A stretch of DNA of 64,000 nt from a virus (Duplodnaviria > Caudoviricetes): IMG/VR virus record IMGVR_UViG_3300048858_000027, positions 1-64,000 of that record. One strand, given 5' to 3'. Under the pieces are notes generated by a model, which did no database searches, had not been told where the DNA came from, and saw nothing but the letters and a program-made list of their open reading frames with translations. How positions within the stretch are numbered: position 1 is the first letter of the stretch; every line of letters starts with the position of its first letter. The position numbers were made by a program, and so were the translations under genes. Of the stretch, positions 45,917 through 54,761 are shown in pieces.

Positions 45917-46643
45917 GATTGCGGACCTTGGCCTCGTTGGCCGGAGTTGGTTCACGGTCGAACCAAACACCGTTCCACTCGTTCCGCATGTAGGCCCTGG
46001 TCACGATCGCCCCGAGAGATTCCCACGGCAGCGCAGCCAGATCAGCGGGGTGTTGCGAGAGGAGATGCTGGCTGTCGTGACCCGGCAGGTTGATAGGCAC
46101 ATCCTGGTCCGCGACGATCAGCAGGCGGCGGGGTGAAACCATCGCGGCTTGTGCAGCTATGTCGCGGATCATGGCTGTGTGTTTGGCTTGCACGCCCATC
46201 AGCACGAGCGGCTGGACGTTCGTTGCTTCCAGCTCGTTCATGATGAGCGCCTGGGATGCCATGTTCATCCACAGAAAGGGCGGCTTGATAGGGCTGCTCA
46301 TCTTCGCGAGGAGGGTGAGCCGCAGGTAGTCCACGTCCCCACGCAGCACCGTCACCCCCGATGGGGTTTCAGGGTCCACGTTCTTGGGCAGGGGAAGCAT
46401 GAACCGCATCAGGCTGTTCGAGCGAAGTAGGTTCTCGAAGGCGACCAGGTGGGGTCGGGCCGGGTTGAAAGCGTTCAGAGCAATCAGGTGATTGCAGATC
46501 TTCCGCTTCGGTGCCCGGACGATGAACGGGCTGACTTCCCGAAGGCCCATCGCGTTGACGCCGGAGCGTCCTTGTTCGAGCCAGGCTAGACCGTTGCTGG
46601 CCCAATGGATGCCGTAATGGGAAACCTCGATATGGTAGGACAT
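45879..46643 (-). CDS. Hypothetical protein
   Basis: About 254 aa from ATG 46643; no recognised motif. Confidence 0.55.
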   Translation of the reverse strand: MSYHIEVSHYGIHWASNGLAWLEQGRSGVNAMGLREVSPFIVRAPKRKICNHLIALNAFNPARPHLVAFENLLRSNSLMRFMLPLPKNVDPETPSGVTVLRGDVDYLRLTLLAKMSSPIKPPFLWMNMASQALIMNELEATNVQPLVLMGVQAKHTAMIRDIAAQAAMVSPRRLLIVADQDVPINLPGHDSQHLLSQHPADLAALPWESLGAIVTRAYMRNEWNGVWFDREPTPANEAKVRNREHDPSTTRLPS

Positions 46644-46779
46644 GTTCGGATCACCGAGTGCTTGACTGGTGACTAGGTAGCACGCCCCACCGAGCGAAGG
46701 CACCGCCGGGCCACGGCCGGATGTGCCCACGTAGCCAGGGCCGTGAGGCCCTGTTCAGCCCGAGCGGGTGATTTCCCGA

Positions 46780-47268
46780 TCAGGCGCCTGATGTTCCAGT
46801 AGAGGAGAGCTTGCCCGGAGAGCGTGTGGTGCGATTCACGATCGTGGTCGCCTCCAGCATCAGCTTGTCCGGTGTGGTTTTCAGAAATATGCACAGTTTT
46901 TCGATCTCCAGAACGGTGAAATTGTGGAGGCCGCACCGCATCCGGGCCAGCAGATTGCTGTTGAAGCCCGTTTCGAGATCCACCCGAGCGTTCTCCTTGT
47001 CGAGAATCAGCTCGTTGCAGGCCCGGTCGAGGATCGTGCCCAGGGCGGCGAGGAGGTTGGACGCCGGGCGCTGCTCCTCGGTCGGGGTCCGGGGACGGCG
47101 GGTAGCGCGGGAGATCAGCCCAGCATCCCGGAGGATGCGGCCGATCGTCACGGCATCGACGCCGAACATCTGCCCCAGCGTCTTGTCAGACTGCGAGGGG
47201 TTCCGGCGGAACTCTTCGCAGATTTTGGCATTACGCTCGACCTTGTGGGGATCGACGGTGCGGGCCAT
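46780..47268 (-). CDS. HTH transcriptional regulator
   Basis: SDKTLGQMFGVDAVTIGRIL HTH and an XRE-like C-terminal segment; divergent from rep. Confidence 0.65.
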   Translation of the reverse strand: MARTVDPHKVERNAKICEEFRRNPSQSDKTLGQMFGVDAVTIGRILRDAGLISRATRRPRTPTEEQRPASNLLAALGTILDRACNELILDKENARVDLETGFNSNLLARMRCGLHNFTVLEIEKLCIFLKTTPDKLMLEATTIVNRTTRSPGKLSSTGTSGA

Positions 47269-47925
47269 ATTTTAACCCTCGCAAAAATGATGCCCAGTTT
47301 AGGGCATTCTTCAGACCGAGATATGCAGGAGCTGACACTCCTGCATTGTGCTCCTGCTGGGTCGCACCCCGGCAGGAGCTGTTTTATCTGAGCACTATTG
47401 CTCAGTTTGAATAACGTCAGTTCACAGTGACTGAAGCTCCGCTCCGGGTTGACGCAGATCAACTATAGGATTGAAACAGCACCTTGGTGGTCTTCTTCAC
47501 CGCGGGTGCCGTGACTTGTCCCGGATTTACGCGGAGGTTTCTTTTGCCGCAACAAATTAACGACCTTTATCCCACGGAAAAGTGACCGTGAACCTTCATT
47601 AATCCCAACGCTCATGTGGCGCCTAAGTTCCCTGTTTGTTCTCTTATACGGGAACACCGGGAGGGTGTCGCTAGATTCGGAGGGAGTTGCGCGGAAGGGG
47701 CCGTCTGAGTAGCTTGGGCTTCTCATCCACCCAAAAAGAAAGGCCGTCTGAGACGAAGCACCGAAGCACCCCTCCCAAACGACCCCTACACTTACTGAAC
47801 TGAACCGGCCCCATACTAAGCCAGCTTGTGATCTTGACACTCCCAAGCTAGGCCGGTCGGAAAAAAACCGCAAGGGGCGCGGAGGGGGAATCGCGTGCTT
47901 TCGACGAGGCGCCAAGCGAGGCCCT

Positions 47926-48483
47926 GTGCGGAAGATCCTTCGTAACGTGACCCCCCGCCCCGCTCGTCGGGGATCCCTGCCCATTGCGGCCTGGCAGCGC
48001 CAGCGGCTGGATGATCGGGAAAAGCGGGAGCTTCTCCAGCACGCCTATAACCTGGAGAAGCTCACCTACCGTCAGGGTACTGGCCGCCATGGTGGGGTGT
48101 TGCGTGATACGGCGCTGAAGGTGCTGCGGGCGCTTCTGTTCCGTGCCTGGAGCCGCCATAGCGTGTGCGACCCCTCCCTTTCCCAGCTCGCCACATGGAC
48201 GCAGCTCGACCGCAAGACGGTCCAGGCTGCGATCAAGCGGCTGGAGGAGGCCAATCTGTTGAGGAAGATCCGGCGTGGCCTGGTCGTTGGGGTGCGCTTC
48301 GTCCAGTGGACGAATGCTTACCTCTTCCTCAGCTCTGCTTCGTGGCGGAGCGAGGGGAGTTACTCCCAAGCCGTAGAACATCTTTTAAAAGAAAAGAGGC
48401 TTAGGAGGCAGAAAACCCCCGTTGAGACCTTAACTGACGAACTAATCAATCAGTTAAGGCTTGCAGGGGGTCCAGGGCTCTAA
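47926..48483 (+). CDS. Plasmid-type winged-HTH replication initiator (Rep-like)
   Basis: HGGVLRDTALKVLRALLF...CDPSLSQLA....DRKTVQAAIKRLEEANLL...TNAYLF matches the pattern of alphaproteobacterial plasmid HTH Rep proteins as I recall it. Confidence 0.65.
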   Translation: MRKILRNVTPRPARRGSLPIAAWQRQRLDDREKRELLQHAYNLEKLTYRQGTGRHGGVLRDTALKVLRALLFRAWSRHSVCDPSLSQLATWTQLDRKTVQAAIKRLEEANLLRKIRRGLVVGVRFVQWTNAYLFLSSASWRSEGSYSQAVEHLLKEKRLRRQKTPVETLTDELINQLRLAGGPGL

Positions 48484-48484
48484 A

Positions 48485-48697
48485 TCAGCCCTCAGCCTTC
48501 GAGTCGTCCAGCTTTCCGCTCTTGATCTCCTCGTGGGTTGCCCACGCGGATATGAGCTGCTGCCCCGCGGCCGACATGATCATGGCAGACACCCCATTGT
48601 CGGAGATGGCGACCACAACCTCCCCACCTCCCGTTAGGGGGAGATGGACGAACGTGGACACGCCGTCCTGCTCGATGTGGAAATCCATGGTCGCCAT
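48485..48697 (-). CDS. Hypothetical protein
   Basis: 70 aa with GGAG RBS. Confidence 0.5.
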   Translation of the reverse strand: MATMDFHIEQDGVSTFVHLPLTGGGEVVVAISDNGVSAMIMSAAGQQLISAWATHEEIKSGKLDDSKAEG

Positions 48698-48708
48698 AGT
48701 AGTAGCTC

Positions 48709-49488
48709 CTAATTCAACCTATGGGTTATTAGCGCGTCCCGGACCATCGTGTGGATGGTCTGGGTGTCTTCGACGTTCAGAATTTCCTGGAGCGTGCCCG
48801 CCAGGTCGGCCACTGCCTGCGACGACAACCGCCGTTGCTGTGGATTCAGGTCACGAGCGGTTGCCCGCTTGCGTCCTGATGCCTCTGCCGCCTCAACCGC
48901 CTCGACGATCGCCTGGGCGGCTTCCTCGGTATCTTCGCTGCCGCGGAGAGCGCCGATCACGGTTGTGGCGGCCACCTTCCCGGCAACAATCATTTCCTTC
49001 ACCTCAGTCGGGGCAGTCAGCAGGGTGAGGATGTTCTGCACCTGCCTGACCGTCACACCCGCCTTCTTGGCGATCTGCTCCTCGTCCCAGCCGAACCCCA
49101 GGAGACGCTGGAAGACCTCAGCCTTCTCCAGTGCCTCCAGCGGCTTTCCCGAGTTACGGGTGATGAGAGTCAGTGTCCTGTCGGCTTCGGAGGCATAGCT
49201 ACCCTCGGGCACACAAGGGACGGTCTCGATAGGAACGCCATTCTCGATCGCCCGCATGGTCGCAGCCAGTCGGCAGTGACCGTCAACCAGGAACACCTGG
49301 TTCGATTGCAGACGAACGGTAAGGGCGTTCTGCACCCCGTTCTCGCTGATACTCGCTGTGAGATCTTCCAGATGAGCGTCGAGCGCCGGGCCAGGCTTGC
49401 GAACATTGAAGCCTGGTTGGACGACGATTTTTCGTGGGTCGATCTGAAGAAGGTCACGGACCTTCTTCGCGTGGTCTTTGAGAGCCAT
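48709..49488 (-). CDS. ParB-like (ParB/Srx N-terminal plus HTH) protein
   Basis: FNVR, LVDGHCRLAA, LTRNSG, EQIAKKAGVTVRQV HTH. Confidence 0.8.
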   Translation of the reverse strand: MALKDHAKKVRDLLQIDPRKIVVQPGFNVRKPGPALDAHLEDLTASISENGVQNALTVRLQSNQVFLVDGHCRLAATMRAIENGVPIETVPCVPEGSYASEADRTLTLITRNSGKPLEALEKAEVFQRLLGFGWDEEQIAKKAGVTVRQVQNILTLLTAPTEVKEMIVAGKVAATTVIGALRGSEDTEEAAQAIVEAVEAAEASGRKRATARDLNPQQRRLSSQAVADLAGTLQEILNVEDTQTIHTMVRDALITHRLN

Positions 49489-49566
49489 GGGATGTTCCTA
49501 TCGGAGTGCCCGGAATGTGTCCGGGATGAGCTAAAGGGTGAAGAGGGATTTAGTATTAGTGAGGGT

Positions 49567-49851
49567 TCAAAATAGCTTTTTAGTCTCGATTAGCTCCATG
49601 AGTGCGAGCGTCAGAGCGTCGGTCGTTCGACGCCCATGAGGCTCCTCGGGGAGCTTGCTGAGGTCAGGGCGTAAGTGTCTGATATCAAATATAAAGAGCT
49701 GGGTGCCGCTGCTGTCGGTAAACTGTGGATTGGTTGTCAGGATAAATGTCTCGGGTTGCGCTATATCGTCATCCTCGTAACAGCGAAAGACTTTTACGCC
49801 CTGGTAGTCGAGTATCAGCTCAGGCTCCATGTAGACCTGGGCAAACGGCAT
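49567..49851 (-). CDS. Hypothetical protein
   Basis: ATG 49851, MPFAQVYMEPEL... Confidence 0.5.
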   Translation of the reverse strand: MPFAQVYMEPELILDYQGVKVFRCYEDDDIAQPETFILTTNPQFTDSSGTQLFIFDIRHLRPDLSKLPEEPHGRRTTDALTLALMELIETKKLF

Positions 49852-50491
49852 GATCGTCCTCGTCCTCCTCCTCGGTTTCGGGGTCCTCGTCCTCCTCCTC
49901 GGGCTCGTAGGTTTCCTCCCAACGAGCCCTCTGAAAGAGCATCCGGTAGGTGATCTCATCGGTGAGCCATTCGTCTGTCATCACTCGGTCAAACCCGACG
50001 AGCCAAACGTAGAGCTTACGAAGTTCTTCGAGAGTGAAGGGATCGAGCGGATCGCTGTCAGGGTAATCGGGGTCGGGATAGAGGTGCAGGTCTCGCCCGT
50101 CCGGTAGTTTCTTCCCCTCGAAACGGACGAGCGTATAGGTATCGCCTCGTCTATCCGACTCCAGTTCGTAGTCGATGTCTTCACCTGGGTAGCTGGTCCA
50201 TTCCTTACGGATGAAATTCCAGATGTCCTGCCACTCGCAGTTCTCGACCTCATAGTTCAAGTCTATGACATATTGCTCCCAAACCTTGTCGAGCTTGGGA
50301 TCAAGCGGCTCCTCGAACTTCCCGTGCTTGCGCTCGTAGTCCTCGCGGTCGTCCGGGTAGCAATTCTGAGGGATACTCCACTCGAAGGGGTTGTTACCTC
50401 GCGCCTTGATCAGCTCGATGAGCTGCTGGCGATCGTCGCAGAGTGCGACTTGCACACTCGCGACGATCTCAGGATTTACATCCTCGTCCAT
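49820..50491 (-). CDS. Very acidic hypothetical protein
   Basis: 223 aa, Asp/Glu-rich, coupled to the vWA gene. Confidence 0.6.
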   Translation of the reverse strand: MDEDVNPEIVASVQVALCDDRQQLIELIKARGNNPFEWSIPQNCYPDDREDYERKHGKFEEPLDPKLDKVWEQYVIDLNYEVENCEWQDIWNFIRKEWTSYPGEDIDYELESDRRGDTYTLVRFEGKKLPDGRDLHLYPDPDYPDSDPLDPFTLEELRKLYVWLVGFDRVMTDEWLTDEITYRMLFQRARWEETYEPEEEDEDPETEEEDEDDHAVCPGLHGA

Positions 50492-50492
50492 C

Positions 50493-51749
50493 TCAGCCCA
50501 CCTTGATGTGAATCGTTTCAGCCCATGCCGGGCCTTTCTGCTGCGTCGTCGAGATGCAGAGCACCGGATAGGGCGGTGGTTCCTTGGGGAAGATGATCAT
50601 CATGTCCGAGATGACGATCGCACAGGCAGGTTGGATCCCCTGCTCCTCGATCAGCTCGAAGGCTGGCCGGAAGTCGCTTCCGCCACCCCCTGTGAACCGC
50701 GGCTCGAAGGGCTCACCCTGCTCGAAGCTTTGGATCTCCGTCGCGTGGGCGTCACAGGAGATGAAGTGGGCTCGCTCAGGAAACATATCCTCGACGATAT
50801 ATTTCTGCTCAGCAAATGCCTGGCTCAGCTCGTCCTCGCCCATCGAGCCGGAGGTGTCGGTGATCAATGCGAACTCGCCTGTGCCTTCCCGCAGGATGCC
50901 GGGCAGGTAGATCCCCTGCCAGATGAAGCGGCGGTTCGGCCGCGCCCAGGTTCGGTCGGTCTTCTGGGTCTGCGATACGAACTGGCGGAGGACGTTCTTC
51001 CAATCGACCTGCGGCTCACAGACATCCTCGACCAGACGATCCATCCAACCGGGGGTGGTGCCTTGGTTCTTCATCCGCTGGGCCATGTGCGCCTGGCGGA
51101 TCGCGATCTTCATCTCGTGCTCGTGGTGAGCGCGCTCGGCACCAGTGAGGGGCGCGTCTTGCACGGCACCCCAGCCGTCACCCGTCTCAGGGCTGCCAGC
51201 AGAGCCGTGGGAGGGGTCCTTGCCAGCCTGGCCCGGAGACTGTCCTGGAGACTGCTCAGGCTGCCCCTGGTCGTCCCCCTGCCCCTGCTGGGACTGGTCG
51301 CTCTGACCACCTTGCTGTGGCTTCTTGCCGCCGCCGTTCTGCTCCTCCTGCTGCAGCTTGTCGTAGATAACCTCGGTGGCCATGTCCTTGAATTGAGGCA
51401 TGTCAACGCCGCCCTTCGGGAGAGCGAATTTCGCTTCCTTCAGGATGGCGTTGATCGCCGCGTCGGCCGCGATGTTGAACCGCTTTGGCTCGCGGTGGGC
51501 GCGGCGCAGGTGGTGCAGGTTCGCGACGTGCAGGATCTCGTGAGCGTAGACGCCGATCACCTCGTCCAGAGAGCACTTCTCGACGAACTCGGCGCACCAA
51601 TAGAGATGCACCCCGTCCGTCGCCATGGTTCCGCTCGGGATCTCGATGGGCTTCAGGCGGAGGGCCAGGCTGCCGAAGAAGGGCTGGTGCATCAGGAGCT
51701 GCATCCGTGCCTTCAGCAGCTTCTGGGGAGGTGTCAGCTTTACGTTCAT
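50493..51749 (-). CDS. Metallopeptidase (HEILH) plus vWA domain protein (DUF2201-like)
   Basis: TMATDG, HEILH, NIAAD, Gln/Gly linker, DTSGSM MIDAS, FTGGGGSDF, ISD. Confidence 0.9.
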   Translation of the reverse strand: MNVKLTPPQKLLKARMQLLMHQPFFGSLALRLKPIEIPSGTMATDGVHLYWCAEFVEKCSLDEVIGVYAHEILHVANLHHLRRAHREPKRFNIAADAAINAILKEAKFALPKGGVDMPQFKDMATEVIYDKLQQEEQNGGGKKPQQGGQSDQSQQGQGDDQGQPEQSPGQSPGQAGKDPSHGSAGSPETGDGWGAVQDAPLTGAERAHHEHEMKIAIRQAHMAQRMKNQGTTPGWMDRLVEDVCEPQVDWKNVLRQFVSQTQKTDRTWARPNRRFIWQGIYLPGILREGTGEFALITDTSGSMGEDELSQAFAEQKYIVEDMFPERAHFISCDAHATEIQSFEQGEPFEPRFTGGGGSDFRPAFELIEEQGIQPACAIVISDMMIIFPKEPPPYPVLCISTTQQKGPAWAETIHIKVG

Positions 51750-51762
51750 CGCGATGATCCTT

Positions 51763-51975
51763 TTACGGATTGGCGTTCTTGGCGGCGGCTGCGTCGAGCT
51801 GGTCCGCGAAGCCCAAGAACTGGGACCATAAGGCGGGGCGCTTAGCGGCCAGGGTGTGGATCTCAGCAGCCGTCAGTGGGTTGTCGCTGGCCATCACAGC
51901 CATGAACTGCTGCTGAACCTCAGACGTGTTCCTGCTCGCGGCATAGAACATCTGAGCCTGGGTCATCTGGGACAT
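51763..51975 (-). CDS. Hypothetical protein
   Basis: 70 aa with hairpin-embedded RBS. Confidence 0.65.
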   Translation of the reverse strand: MSQMTQAQMFYAASRNTSEVQQQFMAVMASDNPLTAAEIHTLAAKRPALWSQFLGFADQLDAAAAKNANP

Positions 51976-52026
51976 TGGGATGATCCTCTATGGATTGAGG
52001 GGCGGGCCGTGGCCCGCCCCAGAGCC

Positions 52027-52242
52027 TCAGCTTTTCCCGCTGCTGGCGAGAGATGTTCCATCGTCCAAAGAGACTTCCTCCAGGATCCAGTTCGAGATGA
52101 ACATCTCGACCCCTCCCGCCGCCTGGATCTGATCCGCTACGTGTGCAGCGATGGTCTCTTTGGTGATAGGACCGGCGTAGACGCCGAGAGTGATGGAGAA
52201 CTCCGCCTGGACAGCCAGGCGGATGTTGAGGTCGTCCATCAC
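52027..52242 (-). CDS. Hypothetical protein
   Basis: 71 aa coupled to the DUF3150-like gene. Confidence 0.5.
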   Translation of the reverse strand: MMDDLNIRLAVQAEFSITLGVYAGPITKETIAAHVADQIQAAGGVEMFISNWILEEVSLDDGTSLASSGKS

Positions 52243-53141
52243 AGGAACATCGCCGCCTTGTCGTAGATGGCCTTCGCCTTCGCCGCGGTATCCTGGCGGA
52301 AGCCCTCGTCGGCGCGCAGCGCCGAGGCGTCGTGGCGGGTCAGCTCGCGCAGCTCCAGCACCAGGGCGGCCAGCTCGGGGTCGTTGGTGATGTTCAGGGT
52401 CGGCAGCAGATCCACCAGGTCCTTGATGTTCTCGACCAGGCTGTCCCGGAAGATGCCGTCCACCACCTTGCCCGTCTCAGGGTCCACGCGGTAGGCCGTC
52501 AGCTTATCGACCATCTTCTTGGTCTTGTCCGCGATCCGACCCCAGACCTCCTTCATGGCTTCGGTCACAGCCTGCTCCACCCGCAGATCCGTCGAGCGGC
52601 GCAGCTCCGCCATCTCGGTCTCCGCGATGTTCAGGAACCAGTTGTTCGACACCGGCAGGGGGCTGGCGTTGATCTGGAAGGTGAACCGCTCGCGCAGCTT
52701 AGAGACGGGCGGATAGTCCTCATGGTCGAACATCCCGCCCAACCGTGCCTTGGCCTGGTCGATGAGCTGCGGATATGCCTGCAGGAACTCCTCGACCGCG
52801 GCCTCGAACTGGCTGGTGAAGGCCCGCATCTTCTCCATGTAGGTGAAATAACCGTCCACCGAGAGCAAGCGGGCGCCCTCGTCGGTCCAGGGCAGCGTCA
52901 CATCATAGTGGTGGGCGCGAGCGGCCGAGGCGATCTTCTTGATCCGCTCCAGCGCCTGCTTGCCGATGATCTTCTTCTGGTAGCGCCCGCTATCGGTCAC
53001 GTCCGCATTGTGCGTCTCCGCGATCTCCTCGGAGAAGCGGCGATCCGTCTTCTCTCCCGTGAAGGTGCGGATGTTCAGGGAGATGAGCAGCACGCGGTTG
53101 GCGAGGGTGGTGCTGTCCGACATGGTGGAATCCAGCGGCAT
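52239..53141 (-). CDS. DUF3150-like protein
   Basis: LLISLNI..FTG.K.D, TLPW...G.RLL, F...VEEFL..YP pattern; adjacent to AAA and vWA genes. Confidence 0.65.
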   Translation of the reverse strand: MPLDSTMSDSTTLANRVLLISLNIRTFTGEKTDRRFSEEIAETHNADVTDSGRYQKKIIGKQALERIKKIASAARAHHYDVTLPWTDEGARLLSVDGYFTYMEKMRAFTSQFEAAVEEFLQAYPQLIDQAKARLGGMFDHEDYPPVSKLRERFTFQINASPLPVSNNWFLNIAETEMAELRRSTDLRVEQAVTEAMKEVWGRIADKTKKMVDKLTAYRVDPETGKVVDGIFRDSLVENIKDLVDLLPTLNITNDPELAALVLELRELTRHDASALRADEGFRQDTAAKAKAIYDKAAMFL

Positions 53142-53147
53142 GGGTTT

Positions 53148-53182
53148 GATCCTGACGGATTGAGTGATTGAGTGGTTGAAAT
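53148..53182 (-). repeat. TCAAYCAC tandem repeats plus RBS hairpin
   Basis: Minus strand TTCAACCACTCAATCACTCAATCCGTCAGGATC. Confidence 0.6.
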
Positions 53183-54198
53183 CAGACCATCATGGGCGCG
53201 TTGACCGTCGCCCATTTGATGCCATTGCGGCATTGCATGATGGACACGTTCTTCCGCTGGGCGTCCTTCACCGCCATCACGGCGAAGTCCTGCGGAATAC
53301 GGCCCATGTAGGTGAAGAAGTTCTCGCGAGTGGCGTTGGTCACACGCATCGAGAGCGCTGTGCAGAGCGCATACATGATGGCGACCTCATCGGTCGGGAC
53401 CGGCGCCTTCTCCGGGTTCTTCAGCACCTCGTCGATGTCGGGCATCCGGCTGATCAGCCGCAGGAAGCCCGTGAACTCGGTCGCGGCCCCCTCACCCACT
53501 GCACCGGAGACCATCTCGAACTGGAGGCCGAGATGTTCCTGCGGCAGCTTCAGCAGGCCAGGCAGCATGTCGGAAACAGCTTCCCAGGAGCGCGGCGTCG
53601 GGAAGCTGCGCTCCTTCGGGTTGAACTGGTCCAGCAGGTGGGGACGGTGCTTGATGAAGGCGATTACCTCCTCGCGGACACCGAAGGGGATGGCGAAGTT
53701 GGCGACCCACTCCTCCATGTCCGTCTCGACATCCATGAACACCACGCGGTTGCGGATGTGGCTCGGGAGGTCTCGGGCGCCGGCTCGGTCGGAGAGGCGG
53801 TTGGAGGCGGCGACGATGCGGTGCTGCGGCGCCAGCTTGAAGGTGTGAGCACCGCGCAGGGTGCCATCCAGGATGAACTCGGCCGCGGCGTTGTAGACCA
53901 TGCGCTCCGCGTCAGCGATCTCGTCCAGGAAGACGATCGTGGGGGCGTCGTTCTCACCGGGCAGGGTGTCCGGGAGGGCGTAGCTCATCCGGTGGTTGTT
54001 CACCTCCGGCATACCGCCGACTTCCGAGGCGTCCATCTGTCCCAGGCGCCAGGTGATCAGGCGCATTGCTCGCTCATTGGCGATCTGCTCGACCGTGCTG
54101 GACTTGCCGACACCCGGCGAGGACTGGATCAGCGGCACGCGCTGGCGCGGCAGGCTGAAGAAGATGTCGAGGGCGGGCTTGAGCTGCGAGAGCTTCAT
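53182..54198 (-). CDS. MoxR-like AAA+ ATPase
   Basis: SPGVGKS, FLDEI, AASNR, FPTPRSW. Confidence 0.9.
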   Translation of the reverse strand: MKLSQLKPALDIFFSLPRQRVPLIQSSPGVGKSSTVEQIANERAMRLITWRLGQMDASEVGGMPEVNNHRMSYALPDTLPGENDAPTIVFLDEIADAERMVYNAAAEFILDGTLRGAHTFKLAPQHRIVAASNRLSDRAGARDLPSHIRNRVVFMDVETDMEEWVANFAIPFGVREEVIAFIKHRPHLLDQFNPKERSFPTPRSWEAVSDMLPGLLKLPQEHLGLQFEMVSGAVGEGAATEFTGFLRLISRMPDIDEVLKNPEKAPVPTDEVAIMYALCTALSMRVTNATRENFFTYMGRIPQDFAVMAVKDAQRKNVSIMQCRNGIKWATVNAPMMV

Positions 54199-54218
54199 AG
54201 TCGTTGATCCTTTGCGGA

Positions 54219-54761
54219 TTAAGCGAGAGCTTCCTGGACCAGTCGGGCCAGGGCCTTGGGTGGTAGGATGGAGGACAGGTATCCACCCAGCGTGTCACCG
54301 GGTTCGGGCACATCGTCTGGGTAGGGGAGCTGATAGACCCTGCAGTATTCGTATAGGCGGAGGGACTGACTTCGGATGCGGGTCATGGTGAGGTGCCGCA
54401 TACTGGTGTCTCTGGACCTGCCCAGAGCCACAGCCAGGGACTTCATCTCCTCCTTCATGTGGAGGACTTGGTGCCCTGGGGTGATGTCGAGGCTGGGGAC
54501 GTAGAAGAAGTCCATCCCCCTGTCGATGTCGATCTTCTTGAGCGACTGATTGAACTTCACCGTCGCCGGAAGATCGTTGTCACGCAGGGTGATCTGAACC
54601 GGCGTTCCGTTGGGAGCCCATTCGAGGCGAGCGATGCGCTTGTCACCGAAATACATCGCCCAGCGATCCACGGATGTCTTGCTGGCCACGCCACCTCGAT
54701 ACTTCGTGGCCCTGGCGCAGAACATGGACCGCCATGTGTCGAGGAGGAGTTCGACGCTCAT
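54219..54761 (-). CDS. Hypothetical protein, paralog of 54758..55261
   Basis: Shared F.VP.LD...GHQ and Y(C)..(F/Y).L.....YL...L..K.L..LVQ..LA segments. Confidence 0.65.
   Translation of the reverse strand: MSVELLLDTWRSMFCARATKYRGGVASKTSVDRWAMYFGDKRIARLEWAPNGTPVQITLRDNDLPATVKFNQSLKKIDIDRGMDFFYVPSLDITPGHQVLHMKEEMKSLAVALGRSRDTSMRHLTMTRIRSQSLRLYEYCRVYQLPYPDDVPEPGDTLGGYLSSILPPKALARLVQEALA

Noticed and set aside
50391-54207. Plus-strand ORFs (484, 279, 347 aa) opposite the AAA/vWA cluster
   Set aside because: Shadow ORFs of well-supported minus-strand genes.
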